Assembly (NCBI GenBank): GCA_964401055.1
Contig: CAYNWW010000001.1
Span: 105,003-169,002 of the forward strand
Length of the DNA: 64,000 bases
Direction: 5' to 3'
Source of the DNA: an uncultured Candidatus Saccharibacteria bacterium
GTDB taxonomy: Bacteria; Patescibacteriota; JAUYIX01; CAYNWW01
The translations under genes were made by a program, and so were the position numbers. The notes under the pieces are model-generated. The model saw only the letters and a list, made by a program, of their open reading frames with translations, was not told where the DNA came from and made no database searches. Shown piece after piece: positions 9,515 to 18,395 of the stretch; the stretch's first letter is position 1; the number at the start of each line of letters is the position of its first letter.

Positions 9515-10518
9515 ATGCGCCTGAAAAGTTGTTCAAATTCGGCAGAGGTGCGCGTGGAGTGCGCGAGAATGGCGCGGCGCTTGCGCAGGGCCTGCGGCAG
9601 GAGCCGAAGGACTGCGATATTTGCGCGAAAGAGCGCAGGCTGGATCACTGTTGCCAGCACAAGCAACTTGATCTCATACAGTATAATCGAAAATGCATGT
9701 CGCAGCAACGTAGCAACCGGCGCATTTTTTATGACGAGGAGGCGTTGATTTTTGAGGGAGTGGAATTGTTCGGTGCGCGCGCGGCTGGCGCGTGAGGTGA
9801 GGAGGCGCATGAGGTCGCGCGCGCGGCGGGTTGGGTTTGTTTTTACTCCTCGCGCGTGCGTGCCGATAGTGGCTGAGGTGGCGAGCGCATTCCATCCCGC
9901 ATGCCAAAGTCGCCAGCAGAGGTCAACGTCTTCTTTGTAAATAAAAAACGATTCGTCAAAATATTCGCCCGTGCCGGCAATGTCGATGTTGCGTAGGGCT
10001 TGTGCTCGGATCAGGCAGGCGGCTCCTGAAATACCAAACACGCGAGCGAGATCCGACGGGCGCGCCAAATGTGCAGCGAGTGGTTCGCCGGCATGGATTT
10101 CTACTGCATGCAGGTTGCGTTCAAGAAAAATTCCATCTGAATCGATGATTGCCGGATCTTGCGCGCGAACCAGGCGTCCACCCGCCATGCCGCATTGGCG
10201 CTCGCGCTCGAGCATGCGCACCAGCTGCGCAACTGCATCAGGTGCAAGCACCACGTCGGGATTGAGGACGAGTACCGCGTCCGCTCCCGCGCTGAGCGCT
10301 TGAGCAATTCCCCGATTGTGAGCGGCGGCAAACCCGGTGTTTGTGGTATGCGCCTGAAACAAAACTCCGCTCGCCTGAACGATCGCCGAAGTCTGATCGG
10401 TCGAGGCATTGTCAATAACACGAACCGTCGTGCGGTGGGTTTGTGCCGCGAGCGCCGCCAAGCAGGCCGCGATATCGCGTTCGCTATTGTATGTGACGAT
10501 TGTTGTGTGGATGTTCAT
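9499..10518 (-). CDS. GT2-family glycosyltransferase
   Basis: It starts IHTTIVTYNSERDIAACL and has the IDNASTDQT motif. Its ends overlap both neighbouring genes. Confidence 0.8.
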   Translation of the reverse strand: MNIHTTIVTYNSERDIAACLAALAAQTHRTTVRVIDNASTDQTSAIVQASGVLFQAHTTNTGFAAAHNRGIAQALSAGADAVLVLNPDVVLAPDAVAQLVRMLERERQCGMAGGRLVRAQDPAIIDSDGIFLERNLHAVEIHAGEPLAAHLARPSDLARVFGISGAACLIRAQALRNIDIAGTGEYFDESFFIYKEDVDLCWRLWHAGWNALATSATIGTHARGVKTNPTRRARDLMRLLTSRASRARTEQFHSLKNQRLLVIKNAPVATLLRHAFSIILYEIKLLVLATVIQPALFRANIAVLRLLPQALRKRRAILAHSTRTSAEFEQLFRRIWISR

Positions 10519-12253
10519 TTGAGAGGGTTACGACGCGCTGCATTTCTTGCGCGCAGACGTGGATGGTGCCGATCACAAGGAGCAAAAATCCGATTCCAAG
10601 CGGATGATTGAGGTAGGGCGTGGTGACGTTGGTGATCAAAAATCCAAACAATGCTACAAGGAGAGCAATCACAAGCACTCCCCGACTTCCTTTGGTGCGG
10701 TTGTATTCTTGTGCATGAATCTCTTTGAGCAAATCAGCCGCAGGTGTAATTTTTTGTTTCAAAAAACGATAGCCCTCTTGAAATACTACAATCAACAACG
10801 CACTGTACGCACCGAGTCCAATAATTCCAAGCTTCATCCAGATATCGAGATAGGTCCATTCGACAAGGTACACGCGGAGCAGCCCTTGTTTTTCCGGCGT
10901 CACGCTTTCGTATTCGATGGTCGTGCCAAATCCATTGCCAATGATTGGCCGCGCGGTAATTTTTTCTTGTACCGGTACCAGAAGATTGATTCTGTTGGTG
11001 GCGGATTTTTCTTTGGTCGGTTGAGTAATGGATAGTGCTCGGTCTGTCCATGCGCGAAAGGTGGACGGCGCGGCTATTCGGACAAATACTCCGATTGTCA
11101 TCACGCACACAAGAGCCGCCGTGATCAAGCGAGCAACTTTTTTTGGAGGAAGGTGCACCAGAGAGAACATGATGCCGGCTGTGAGCCCAAGCCACAGACT
11201 GCGAGAAAAGCTGAGTAGTGTGGTGAGAGCAAACAAGACAAACAATCCTCGATACAGCGGCAGATGCGCGCGAGAAATCCATTCAGGTCCAGATACGAGC
11301 AGCATCCACATGATAAGTGCCGCAAGCATGATAAATATCTGCGAGACAAAAAAGATACGGAAAAATCGACCGCTCAAATATGAAATTTCCGCCATGCCGG
11401 CGTCCTGTGCCCAACGGTACACTTGAGGCACATTTGCTTTTTCCTGCGCGCGCTTGAACTCGAATTCGGTCAATTCTTGTTTTGCAGTGGTTGATTGCGA
11501 AATTTTTGTTGCATCCTCGGGATTATTCTCATCAATTGCCAATTCGGTTGAAATATTTCCCGCCGCATCCGGCCGTGCATCCTGATGAAAGATGGCAAAA
11601 TCTGCAAATAATAGGATTGTTGTCAGGGATATTGCAATGCAAGTTGCAAAAAACAAGCGAAGTATTTTTTCTATCTGCCCTACTGTGTTGAGTGTGTCCA
11701 AGAGCGGAATCAGCACCAGCCAATAGATGTACGCGTTTGCGTCAAAAAAGATTAAGCTCAGTGAATGTCCTTGTGCTATTCCTGTGCCAAGCCCGAGTGC
11801 GATTGCGCCAATAAGCCCGAGAAATGGTAAGAAAAACGGGGAACCGGTAACGCGCGTCAGTGTGGTGCGCTGGCGAGAACTGACTATTTTTTTTGCAAAC
11901 CAGATGCCAAGCACGATGATAAAGAGCGCAAGCCGAAGCGATACCACAAATCCTCCCACTGCGGGAAAAGAAAAGAGATAGCCTTTGGATCCAAGAAATA
12001 ATTCAAACAGTAGGAGTAAAATCCCCTCCTCAGTACGCAGGATGGTCAGCGCGATAGCACCAACGCAGATGAGCCAAAACACAATCCAGTTGAGCCAAGG
12101 AAATATATAGCCAAGATACGAGAGAAAAAGAATTGCCAGTGCCGCGATGACTCGCGTGATAATTGAGCGGTTGAAAATCTGGATTTTTGCGAGCGGTTGA
12201 AAAATGTCGTGCATGCGCGGAGCGAAATTATAAATCCTTGTTGGGTTTTGCAA
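10484..12253 (-). CDS. Polytopic membrane protein, O-antigen ligase / Wzy-like polymerase family
   Basis: 589 aa with about 12 predicted TM helices and a large loop. It sits inside the GT operon. The family call rests on architecture and context. Confidence 0.5.
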   Translation of the reverse strand: MQNPTRIYNFAPRMHDIFQPLAKIQIFNRSIITRVIAALAILFLSYLGYIFPWLNWIVFWLICVGAIALTILRTEEGILLLLFELFLGSKGYLFSFPAVGGFVVSLRLALFIIVLGIWFAKKIVSSRQRTTLTRVTGSPFFLPFLGLIGAIALGLGTGIAQGHSLSLIFFDANAYIYWLVLIPLLDTLNTVGQIEKILRLFFATCIAISLTTILLFADFAIFHQDARPDAAGNISTELAIDENNPEDATKISQSTTAKQELTEFEFKRAQEKANVPQVYRWAQDAGMAEISYLSGRFFRIFFVSQIFIMLAALIMWMLLVSGPEWISRAHLPLYRGLFVLFALTTLLSFSRSLWLGLTAGIMFSLVHLPPKKVARLITAALVCVMTIGVFVRIAAPSTFRAWTDRALSITQPTKEKSATNRINLLVPVQEKITARPIIGNGFGTTIEYESVTPEKQGLLRVYLVEWTYLDIWMKLGIIGLGAYSALLIVVFQEGYRFLKQKITPAADLLKEIHAQEYNRTKGSRGVLVIALLVALFGFLITNVTTPYLNHPLGIGFLLLVIGTIHVCAQEMQRVVTLSNEHPHNNRHIQ

Positions 12254-13100
12254 TCTGTGTGAGTTGCGTGATGGCTGCGAGCGCCAGACTGATCGGGGTG
12301 AGGAGCTGGAGCAACAATGTCTGTGCTATTGATCCGTGTTTGCGGAAGTAGCGAACTAGTGACCGGTTGAGATAACGCTGTTTTGTGATTCGATTTACTT
12401 GCGCAAAACTGGTTCCTTTGTGATGCACAAGATGCGCGTCGGCGAAATAGAGTGTATGCAGACCGGCGTCCTGCGCGCGTTTGCAAAAATCCACTTCCTC
12501 AAACCAGATGAAAAATGATTCATCAAAGGCACCGATTTTTTCTATAGCCGCCCGGCTAATCAGGAAGCACGCGCCCATCACTTGATCCACGGTCTGCGTC
12601 CGCGTGTAATCAAAATCCGGCAAAAAGTACGACCGGAGCGGCGCCAGGCGCGGGAACAGATTGTGCAATTTGAGGAGGATGAGCGCTTGTGAGCTGGCGG
12701 TTGGAAAGCTGCGGCAGCTGGGCTGGATGCGTCCATCCGGGTATTGGATGCGCGGGCCGATGATGCCTACGTCCGGCCTCGAACGCATGCATTCTACCAT
12801 GCGCAAAAATGCATTGTCTACGAGCGCGGTGTCGGGGTTGAGCAAGAGGATTGCGTTGCCGCGCGCGCGGGCGATACCTTGGTTTACGGCCGCAGCAAAT
12901 CCGCGGTTGGCGGTGTTGCGAATCAGATGAGCCGACGGGAATTCGTGCGCGAGCGCATCAGCTCCTCCATCGCTCGATGCGTTGTCAACAATGATGACTT
13001 CGTATGTAATCCCGCGGGTATGGGTGATGATTGATTGAACACACGCAAGCGCGAGCTCGCGAGTATTCCAGGTGACGATGATAATGGAGAGGTCTGTCAT
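12228..13100 (-). CDS. GT2-family glycosyltransferase
   Basis: It starts MTDLSIIIVTWNTRELALACVQSI and has the VDNASSDG motif. Confidence 0.8.
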   Translation of the reverse strand: MTDLSIIIVTWNTRELALACVQSIITHTRGITYEVIIVDNASSDGGADALAHEFPSAHLIRNTANRGFAAAVNQGIARARGNAILLLNPDTALVDNAFLRMVECMRSRPDVGIIGPRIQYPDGRIQPSCRSFPTASSQALILLKLHNLFPRLAPLRSYFLPDFDYTRTQTVDQVMGACFLISRAAIEKIGAFDESFFIWFEEVDFCKRAQDAGLHTLYFADAHLVHHKGTSFAQVNRITKQRYLNRSLVRYFRKHGSIAQTLLLQLLTPISLALAAITQLTQIAKPNKDL

Positions 13101-14236
13101 AAGTGTGTCACGTAACTCATCATTTCATGTACTTTTTTTGTCCACGTATGTGCGGCTGTTGCTTGCATGCGCGCCAGTTGTTCTTGTTGTGAATTTTCCT
13201 TTGCGGCTGCGCGGACGGCTGCGAGAAATTCTTGCGGTGTCGATGCGATATGGACGAACGGCGCAAGATCAGGCGCAAGATCCGCAAGCGGTGTGCTCAC
13301 CACCGGCTTGCCGCACGCGAGATAATCATACAATTTCATCGGATTCATCGAGCGAGTGAACGCGGTGTTGCGATGCGGAATAATCATCACGTCTTGTTTG
13401 CGCAACAATTCTGGCAGCTGATCGTGCGGGGCAAGTTGTTTGGTAAATGTGATGAATGGATTTGTGGCATACCGCGCGGCGTCAAAATTATTCCACACCG
13501 GCCCAAACAGGGTGACGCGGATGTCGGCGTGCGCGCTGAGCTCATCAAGAATCGCGGTGTCGATGCGATCTTGGATGACGCCGACATATCCTACGCGAAT
13601 TTTTTCCTGGGTCGCCTGGTGAAATGCCACATGATCAAATGGGCGCACGCCGTTGAATATGGCGTGTGCTGAAGGATGGTTGGGAAATAGCGAGAGCAAT
13701 TCGCGCGAGACGGTAAAAATCACATCAGCGCGTTTGGCGATGGTTGAGTAGTTGGCGGTCAGTCGGTCGCGCTCGTGTGCATAGACTGAGTGCTCGGCCC
13801 AATTGTCCACGCAGTCGAATACGGTTGTGGTATGCGGGAGCGCATCGAGCCAGCCGGTGAACAGTGGATTTGCCGACCAGACGATCGGTGCGCGCATCTC
13901 GAGCGCAGCCATCACACGAGCGACTCTGTTCCAAAATCCGCGCTCGTTGATCGCCGATCGCGTCGATGAATAGAGAAATAATTTTTCATTTATTTGATAC
14001 AAGCCAAACGCCTGCGTCCGCAAATCTTGGTAGCGCGCGCGATAATACGGAAATTCGCTCAGCGCGTATCGCGCGGCACGTTTGAGGGTGTGCGGCGGCG
14101 CATCAATAAATAAAATTCGCCCAACATCTTCGCGCGCCTGTAGCTCGCGCAATACTTCCGCATTGCGATTGACCGTGCCGGTCGCGTATGCGCGGTAGGA
14201 ATTCATCCCAATGTAGAGAATGTCGTGTTTGTTCAT
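13097..14236 (-). CDS. GT-B fold glycosyltransferase (GT1/GT4-like, TuaH-like)
   Basis: 379 aa. The C-terminal region PMKLYDYLACGKPVVSTP is typical of GT4-like enzymes. It has a 4-nt overlap with each neighbouring gene. Confidence 0.6.
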   Translation of the reverse strand: MNKHDILYIGMNSYRAYATGTVNRNAEVLRELQAREDVGRILFIDAPPHTLKRAARYALSEFPYYRARYQDLRTQAFGLYQINEKLFLYSSTRSAINERGFWNRVARVMAALEMRAPIVWSANPLFTGWLDALPHTTTVFDCVDNWAEHSVYAHERDRLTANYSTIAKRADVIFTVSRELLSLFPNHPSAHAIFNGVRPFDHVAFHQATQEKIRVGYVGVIQDRIDTAILDELSAHADIRVTLFGPVWNNFDAARYATNPFITFTKQLAPHDQLPELLRKQDVMIIPHRNTAFTRSMNPMKLYDYLACGKPVVSTPLADLAPDLAPFVHIASTPQEFLAAVRAAAKENSQQEQLARMQATAAHTWTKKVHEMMSYVTHL

Positions 14237-15378
14237 AGCGAAGAAAGAATGCGTTCAAGTTCGGTGGCTTTCGTGTCCCAATTGAATTGCGTCACCGCTC
14301 GCCTGCGCCCGGCCTCACCCATCTCGCGTGCGCGATCGGGATCCTCGAGCAAAGAACTGATTTTTTCCGTGATCGTCGGCCCGTCTGTTGGATCAACCAA
14401 ATATCCGGTCACGCCATCAGCCACTGCATCCGCAACTCCACCGGTGTTGCCCGCAACCACGGGAACGCCGCAGGCGTTTGCTTCCAAAAATACCATGCCG
14501 AATCCTTCCACGTTTCCCTCGTGTGCGATGTCGCGACTCAGTGTCACAAATACGTCAGCGAGCGCATAATGCGTGGCCAGCGATTCGTTCGGTATGCGTT
14601 CTTTGACAAGCGTGACGTGCGGTTGCATCGCGTGCCGCGCGATGAGATTGCTCAGATAGTCGTGATCGTCGCCTTGTCCCACGATCAGATAGTGCGCATT
14701 GGGCACGCGTTGTACGATCTCGGGCATGAGCGCGATGAGCGTATCAAATCCTTTGCGCCGATCCAGCCGTCCGATGCTCACGAGGATTTTTTTGCCGCGC
14801 AAGCCGTAGCGATCAAGCAGCGTGGCATCTTTGGTCGCGCGCGGGGAAAATCGGTCAGCGTCTACGCCGGGCGGCATCAGGATCGTGTGTGCGGAAAAAT
14901 CCCCATATGACTGGATAAGCCCGCGCGTAAATTCACTAATGGTAATAATTTGTGCGCTCGCACGCAGTACGTGACGAGCCAGTAGGTGTTTGAGCGGTGA
15001 GGTGCGCGGGAGCACGAGATCGCGCCCGTAGGTCATGAGCACAGATGGTTTGTTGCCAAGCAAAAGTCCGGCCGCGCCGCTGGGTAAAATTTCGCCACAG
15101 ACAATTTGTTCGATGTGATGCTTGCGTATCAGTTGGCGAGCAACGCGCGCAATCGCGATCCAGCTTGGGAGCATGCCTTGTCGAGTGAAATCGGTGCGTA
15201 CAATGTGCAATGGCTCTGCGGCATGGTCAAATTCATCCTCTGCCTTCGAGTCGATATCATGTCCGGCAAGTACGATCAGCTTATCGGCCGGTAGTCGGCG
15301 ATAGAGATTCCACAAGTGATTTTGTACTCCGCCGTGCATTGGCGGAAATAATGATGTAATAAGAAGCGTCTTTTTCAT
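14233..15378 (-). CDS. GT4-family glycosyltransferase
   Basis: 381 aa with the motif EGFGMVFLEANACGVPVVAGNTGG. Confidence 0.8.
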   Translation of the reverse strand: MKKTLLITSLFPPMHGGVQNHLWNLYRRLPADKLIVLAGHDIDSKAEDEFDHAAEPLHIVRTDFTRQGMLPSWIAIARVARQLIRKHHIEQIVCGEILPSGAAGLLLGNKPSVLMTYGRDLVLPRTSPLKHLLARHVLRASAQIITISEFTRGLIQSYGDFSAHTILMPPGVDADRFSPRATKDATLLDRYGLRGKKILVSIGRLDRRKGFDTLIALMPEIVQRVPNAHYLIVGQGDDHDYLSNLIARHAMQPHVTLVKERIPNESLATHYALADVFVTLSRDIAHEGNVEGFGMVFLEANACGVPVVAGNTGGVADAVADGVTGYLVDPTDGPTITEKISSLLEDPDRAREMGEAGRRRAVTQFNWDTKATELERILSSL

Positions 15379-16712
15379 TGCTCAAGTATACCATGCGTGG
15401 CTTGGGCATTTCTGCCTCCGCGAAGGTATTCGGCGAGTGGCATATACGCCGACGCAATCCCCCAATATTTTTCGCGCCCTTTTTTTTCTTTCAGCTCGAT
15501 GACGCCCCGCTCTTTCAACGGCTTCATATAATATCCGGAAATATTCGCTTCAGCTTTGTGAAGCATGCGGGCTAATTCTTTTTGATTGACTTGCTCGGGT
15601 GCGCGCGCGATGTGTCGGAGCACATCTTGTTGTTCGCGTGTGAGGCCTGAGACGTGCGTCACTTGCTCCCATTGCCATTGGCCAAGAAGTAGCATGGCCT
15701 CGCTCAGGTTGAGCGTGTGTGCCACAATGTTGGGATACTCGGACAAAATATGATTGATACTTGCCATGATTGACCGGATATCACCCGCATGGAGATCATA
15801 CAGTGCGCTGATCACCTCAAGCGAGATCGGTTCGGTGACTTGCTTCACGTGATGTGATCGCAGGAGGGTCATGCGTTCGCGAAACACTTCCAAAATTTCT
15901 TCTTTGCTGAGCGGTTCGAGTTGGATAATCGGCTGGCTAAACATGCTGCGCACGCGCGGATGAGTACTGATCACCGAATCGAAAAAATCGCGCGGTCCCA
16001 AAAATAGCGCATACAAATGCGGCATCTGCAGCACGTCGCGAATATCTTGGAAAAATTGGCGCACGCGCGGACGATCTTGTTCGATCGCCACATCAAAATT
16101 ATTCATATGAATAATCAGACCTTGATGACGCCGGCCGTTTATTTTTTCCGTGCTGACAAATTGGAGCAACTCCCACAAGCATTTTTCCAGCGAGCTCATA
16201 CTCATTTCTTGGGGTAACGTGGTTTGCGCGCTCACGCCGACGCTTCCATTGATGACACCGGCTGCAACGCCGGCGGAAAAAGTGAGCGAGCGCTCAAAAC
16301 TCACATCTACCAGTCGGTTGAGTTTGCGCAGGGTTTTTTGCTGGAGCAGGCGCGGATCAACCAAGGTGATTTCGCGCAGTGTGGATCCGATGATTTCGAG
16401 AATAAATTCGCGCTTGTTGAGGAGCGGCACACTTGCCTCGATCTCGCGACGAAATGAAAACAGCGGTTTTGTTTTGCCGTATTTCCAACTGAATTTCTCC
16501 ATATTGGCCAGGCTTGTTTTGCCCACGCCCACGTCTCCGCAGATGGCGATGGCTGCACGCGAATCTTGTGAGAACGCACTTTCGATCACTTGGCGCTCTC
16601 GTTCGCGCCCCACAAACGCGGCTTCAAGAGACACCTCCCCGCCCTCCACCAGCGGAAGGGTGTCGTAGGGGTTGCCTTTTAGGCCAAATTGTTGCCAATT
16701 AATGGGGTGCAC
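15375..16712 (-). CDS. AAA+ P-loop ATPase (ORC/Cdc6- or Arch_ATPase-like) with C-terminal winged-helix domain
   Basis: 445 aa. The N-terminus is FVGRERERQVIE followed by a Walker A motif, GDVGVGKTSL. The C-terminus is wHTH-like (VLRHIARAPEQVNQKELARML ... KYWGIASAY). The start codon is GTG, and the stop overlaps the next GT4 gene as ATGA. Confidence 0.6.
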   Translation of the reverse strand: MHPINWQQFGLKGNPYDTLPLVEGGEVSLEAAFVGRERERQVIESAFSQDSRAAIAICGDVGVGKTSLANMEKFSWKYGKTKPLFSFRREIEASVPLLNKREFILEIIGSTLREITLVDPRLLQQKTLRKLNRLVDVSFERSLTFSAGVAAGVINGSVGVSAQTTLPQEMSMSSLEKCLWELLQFVSTEKINGRRHQGLIIHMNNFDVAIEQDRPRVRQFFQDIRDVLQMPHLYALFLGPRDFFDSVISTHPRVRSMFSQPIIQLEPLSKEEILEVFRERMTLLRSHHVKQVTEPISLEVISALYDLHAGDIRSIMASINHILSEYPNIVAHTLNLSEAMLLLGQWQWEQVTHVSGLTREQQDVLRHIARAPEQVNQKELARMLHKAEANISGYYMKPLKERGVIELKEKKGREKYWGIASAYMPLAEYLRGGRNAQATHGILEQ

Positions 16713-16839
16713 GAAATGGATATAGAAAATTTTGAATTCGTTATAACTATCTTATTACGTCTCAATTGGATATTCAAGCATTTTTTTGATAGATATAGGG
16801 AATTGAGTAGCCGACTGTTGATAACGCTCGTCGCGCCGG

Positions 16840-16877
16840 CGAAAAAGAAAAACGACTCCTTGCGGGGTCGTTTGGTT
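16840..16877 (-). terminator. Rho-independent terminator
   Basis: On the minus strand the hairpin CGACCCCGCAAGGAGTCG is followed by TTTTTCTTTTT, directly downstream of the small ORF that ends at 16884. Confidence 0.55.
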
Positions 16878-16883
16878 GGACGG

Positions 16884-17108
16884 TTAAAAAATTGCGGCTT
16901 TTTGGAATGCTCGTGTAGGTTTTACGACGGGCATTCCATTCCAGCTGCCAATTCGCGGGTCGTGGCTGGCAATTTTCCCAACAAAATAGTTGAGCTTTGA
17001 CCTGGCCTTGTGGATCTTTTCGAAATCATTAAGGCGGTGTTGGGTTCGCTTCTTGGGGTCGCTGAGTATTCTTGTGAGCGATTCCAGTTGCTCATCCTGT
17101 TTGCGCAT
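16884..17108 (-). CDS. Small highly basic hypothetical protein
   Basis: The ORF track starts it at a GTG at 17219. An in-frame ATG at 17106-17108 lies 1 nt after the upstream stop, which suggests a 74-aa product (MRKQDEQLESLTRILS...). No recognisable domain. Confidence 0.3.
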   Translation of the reverse strand: MRKQDEQLESLTRILSDPKKRTQHRLNDFEKIHKARSKLNYFVGKIASHDPRIGSWNGMPVVKPTRAFQKAAIF

Positions 17109-17109
17109 T

Positions 17110-17595
17110 TTATACCTGATTCGCGCTAAAAAGTTTTTCAGCTGCGCCCTTGTCATGTTTTTGGTGTGGTGCTTTTCGCGCAGTCTCTTCCTTCGTAGCG
17201 CCAGCTTTTCGTTCTTCACCAGGTGCCTCCTTGTGAGCGGGTGCGAGCTGCTCGTGTGCAGCCTCTATGATCCAGCAGGAATTTTGAAGCGACCGAGCCA
17301 CAAACTCAAGTCGCTGAAGTAATTGAGTCACAGATAAACTATCAAATTTCTTTCGATAGAACTTCTCCATTTGGTGGTGGGCTCCCTCTTCCAAAAGTCG
17401 CGTGAGCTGTCGAGACTCTTGGAGATCTTGAAGCTGTGTGTTTTTGAGCAAAAACGTCAGCTGCTCATGAATGCTTGAGGCTCTTGTGTCACAAAGAACC
17501 ACTAGTCTGCGTAAATGCGCATGCTGGGTTCTTTTTCGCAACAACAAAAGCAGAAGCACAATAAGTGCCAGTGCGCCGATCGTACTCCTCGACAT
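17110..17595 (-). CDS. Membrane-anchored hypothetical protein (N-terminal TM, charged coiled region)
   Basis: 161 aa. The N-terminal TM helix is ALALIVLLLLLL, followed by a Gln/Leu-rich helical region and a Lys/Ala-rich tail. No family recognised. Confidence 0.4.
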   Translation of the reverse strand: MSRSTIGALALIVLLLLLLRKRTQHAHLRRLVVLCDTRASSIHEQLTFLLKNTQLQDLQESRQLTRLLEEGAHHQMEKFYRKKFDSLSVTQLLQRLEFVARSLQNSCWIIEAAHEQLAPAHKEAPGEERKAGATKEETARKAPHQKHDKGAAEKLFSANQV

Positions 17596-17661
17596 CGGTT
17601 CCTCCTCAGTGGAATGCTCTATCCTAGCAGGAGCGGGAGGAAGTTGTCCAGAGTACGAGAT

Positions 17662-18336
17662 TTATTTTGTTGTCTCCAGCATTTTTTTCGCACGCGCGCA
17701 TGTCTCGCAATCACAACCAAGTAATTGCGTCATCATGACGAGACGCTTGCCGAGAAGTTGTGCAATCATGGCGTCTTCTGAGCTGAGCTCGTTTTGCCCG
17801 CTGTGGCCGCTCACGAAAACTGCGCCATAGGGACTGCCGGCGTCAAAATCTTTGTCTTTGCCCTGAATCGGATACGGAATACCAACCGGGATCATGCCCA
17901 AGTTGAGAAGCGGAATCATGAGCGATAAAAGCGTCGCCTCTTCCCCGCCGTGCATGCTGCCGGAAGAGCAAAACAGCGCGGCCGGCTTGCTCAGCATTTT
18001 ACCTTCAATCCAGATCGGTGAGAGTTGGTCAATAAACTGTTTGAGTTGCGCGGCAAATGAACCAAAATGCACCGGCGTGCCGAGCGCGATGCCGTCGGCC
18101 TGGATAAAATCATCCAGTGTGGCGAGTGGATAGCGAGCTTCCAAGTCGGCGCGATGTTTGGCAAGTTCGGGCTTTTTTGCAAACACCGCGTCCGGGATGA
18201 GCTCGGGCACGTGCTTGATCGCCACTTCAACGTCTGGGAGTTCGCGCGCGCCTGCCGCTACGTGTTCTGCGAGTTTTGCCGTCTCGCCAGTAAGGCTGTA
18301 AAACAGCACAAGGATCCGGAGCGGTTTGGTGTGCAT
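17662..18336 (-). CDS. wrbA: WrbA-type NAD(P)H:quinone oxidoreductase (flavodoxin-like)
   Basis: The ATG at 18334-18336 gives MHTKPLRILVLFYSLTGETAKLAE, which aligns with the WrbA N-terminus. The internal segment SSGSMHGGEEATLLSLMIPLLNLGMIPVG is also WrbA-like. The longer TTG-initiated ORF would run into the divergent wzx start. Confidence 0.75.
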   Translation of the reverse strand: MHTKPLRILVLFYSLTGETAKLAEHVAAGARELPDVEVAIKHVPELIPDAVFAKKPELAKHRADLEARYPLATLDDFIQADGIALGTPVHFGSFAAQLKQFIDQLSPIWIEGKMLSKPAALFCSSGSMHGGEEATLLSLMIPLLNLGMIPVGIPYPIQGKDKDFDAGSPYGAVFVSGHSGQNELSSEDAMIAQLLGKRLVMMTQLLGCDCETCARAKKMLETTK

Positions 18337-18395
18337 GCGCGTGAATAAATGGTCAAATATAGTGCAGTATATCACGCCTGTGCTATGCTTTCGGT

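Noticed and set aside
10547-16668. Numerous 60-200 aa plus-strand ORFs (e.g. 10547..11035, 13232..13672, 14287..14910, 16150..16668)
   Set aside because: All are antisense to the contiguous minus-strand glycosyltransferase operon, with no motifs and composition-driven translations.
16884-17219. Possible frameshift or pseudogene joining ORFs 17110..17595 and 16884..17219
   Set aside because: The 110-nt overlap disappears if the second ORF starts at the ATG at 17106-17108 rather than the GTG at 17217-17219. Two small adjacent genes is the simpler reading.
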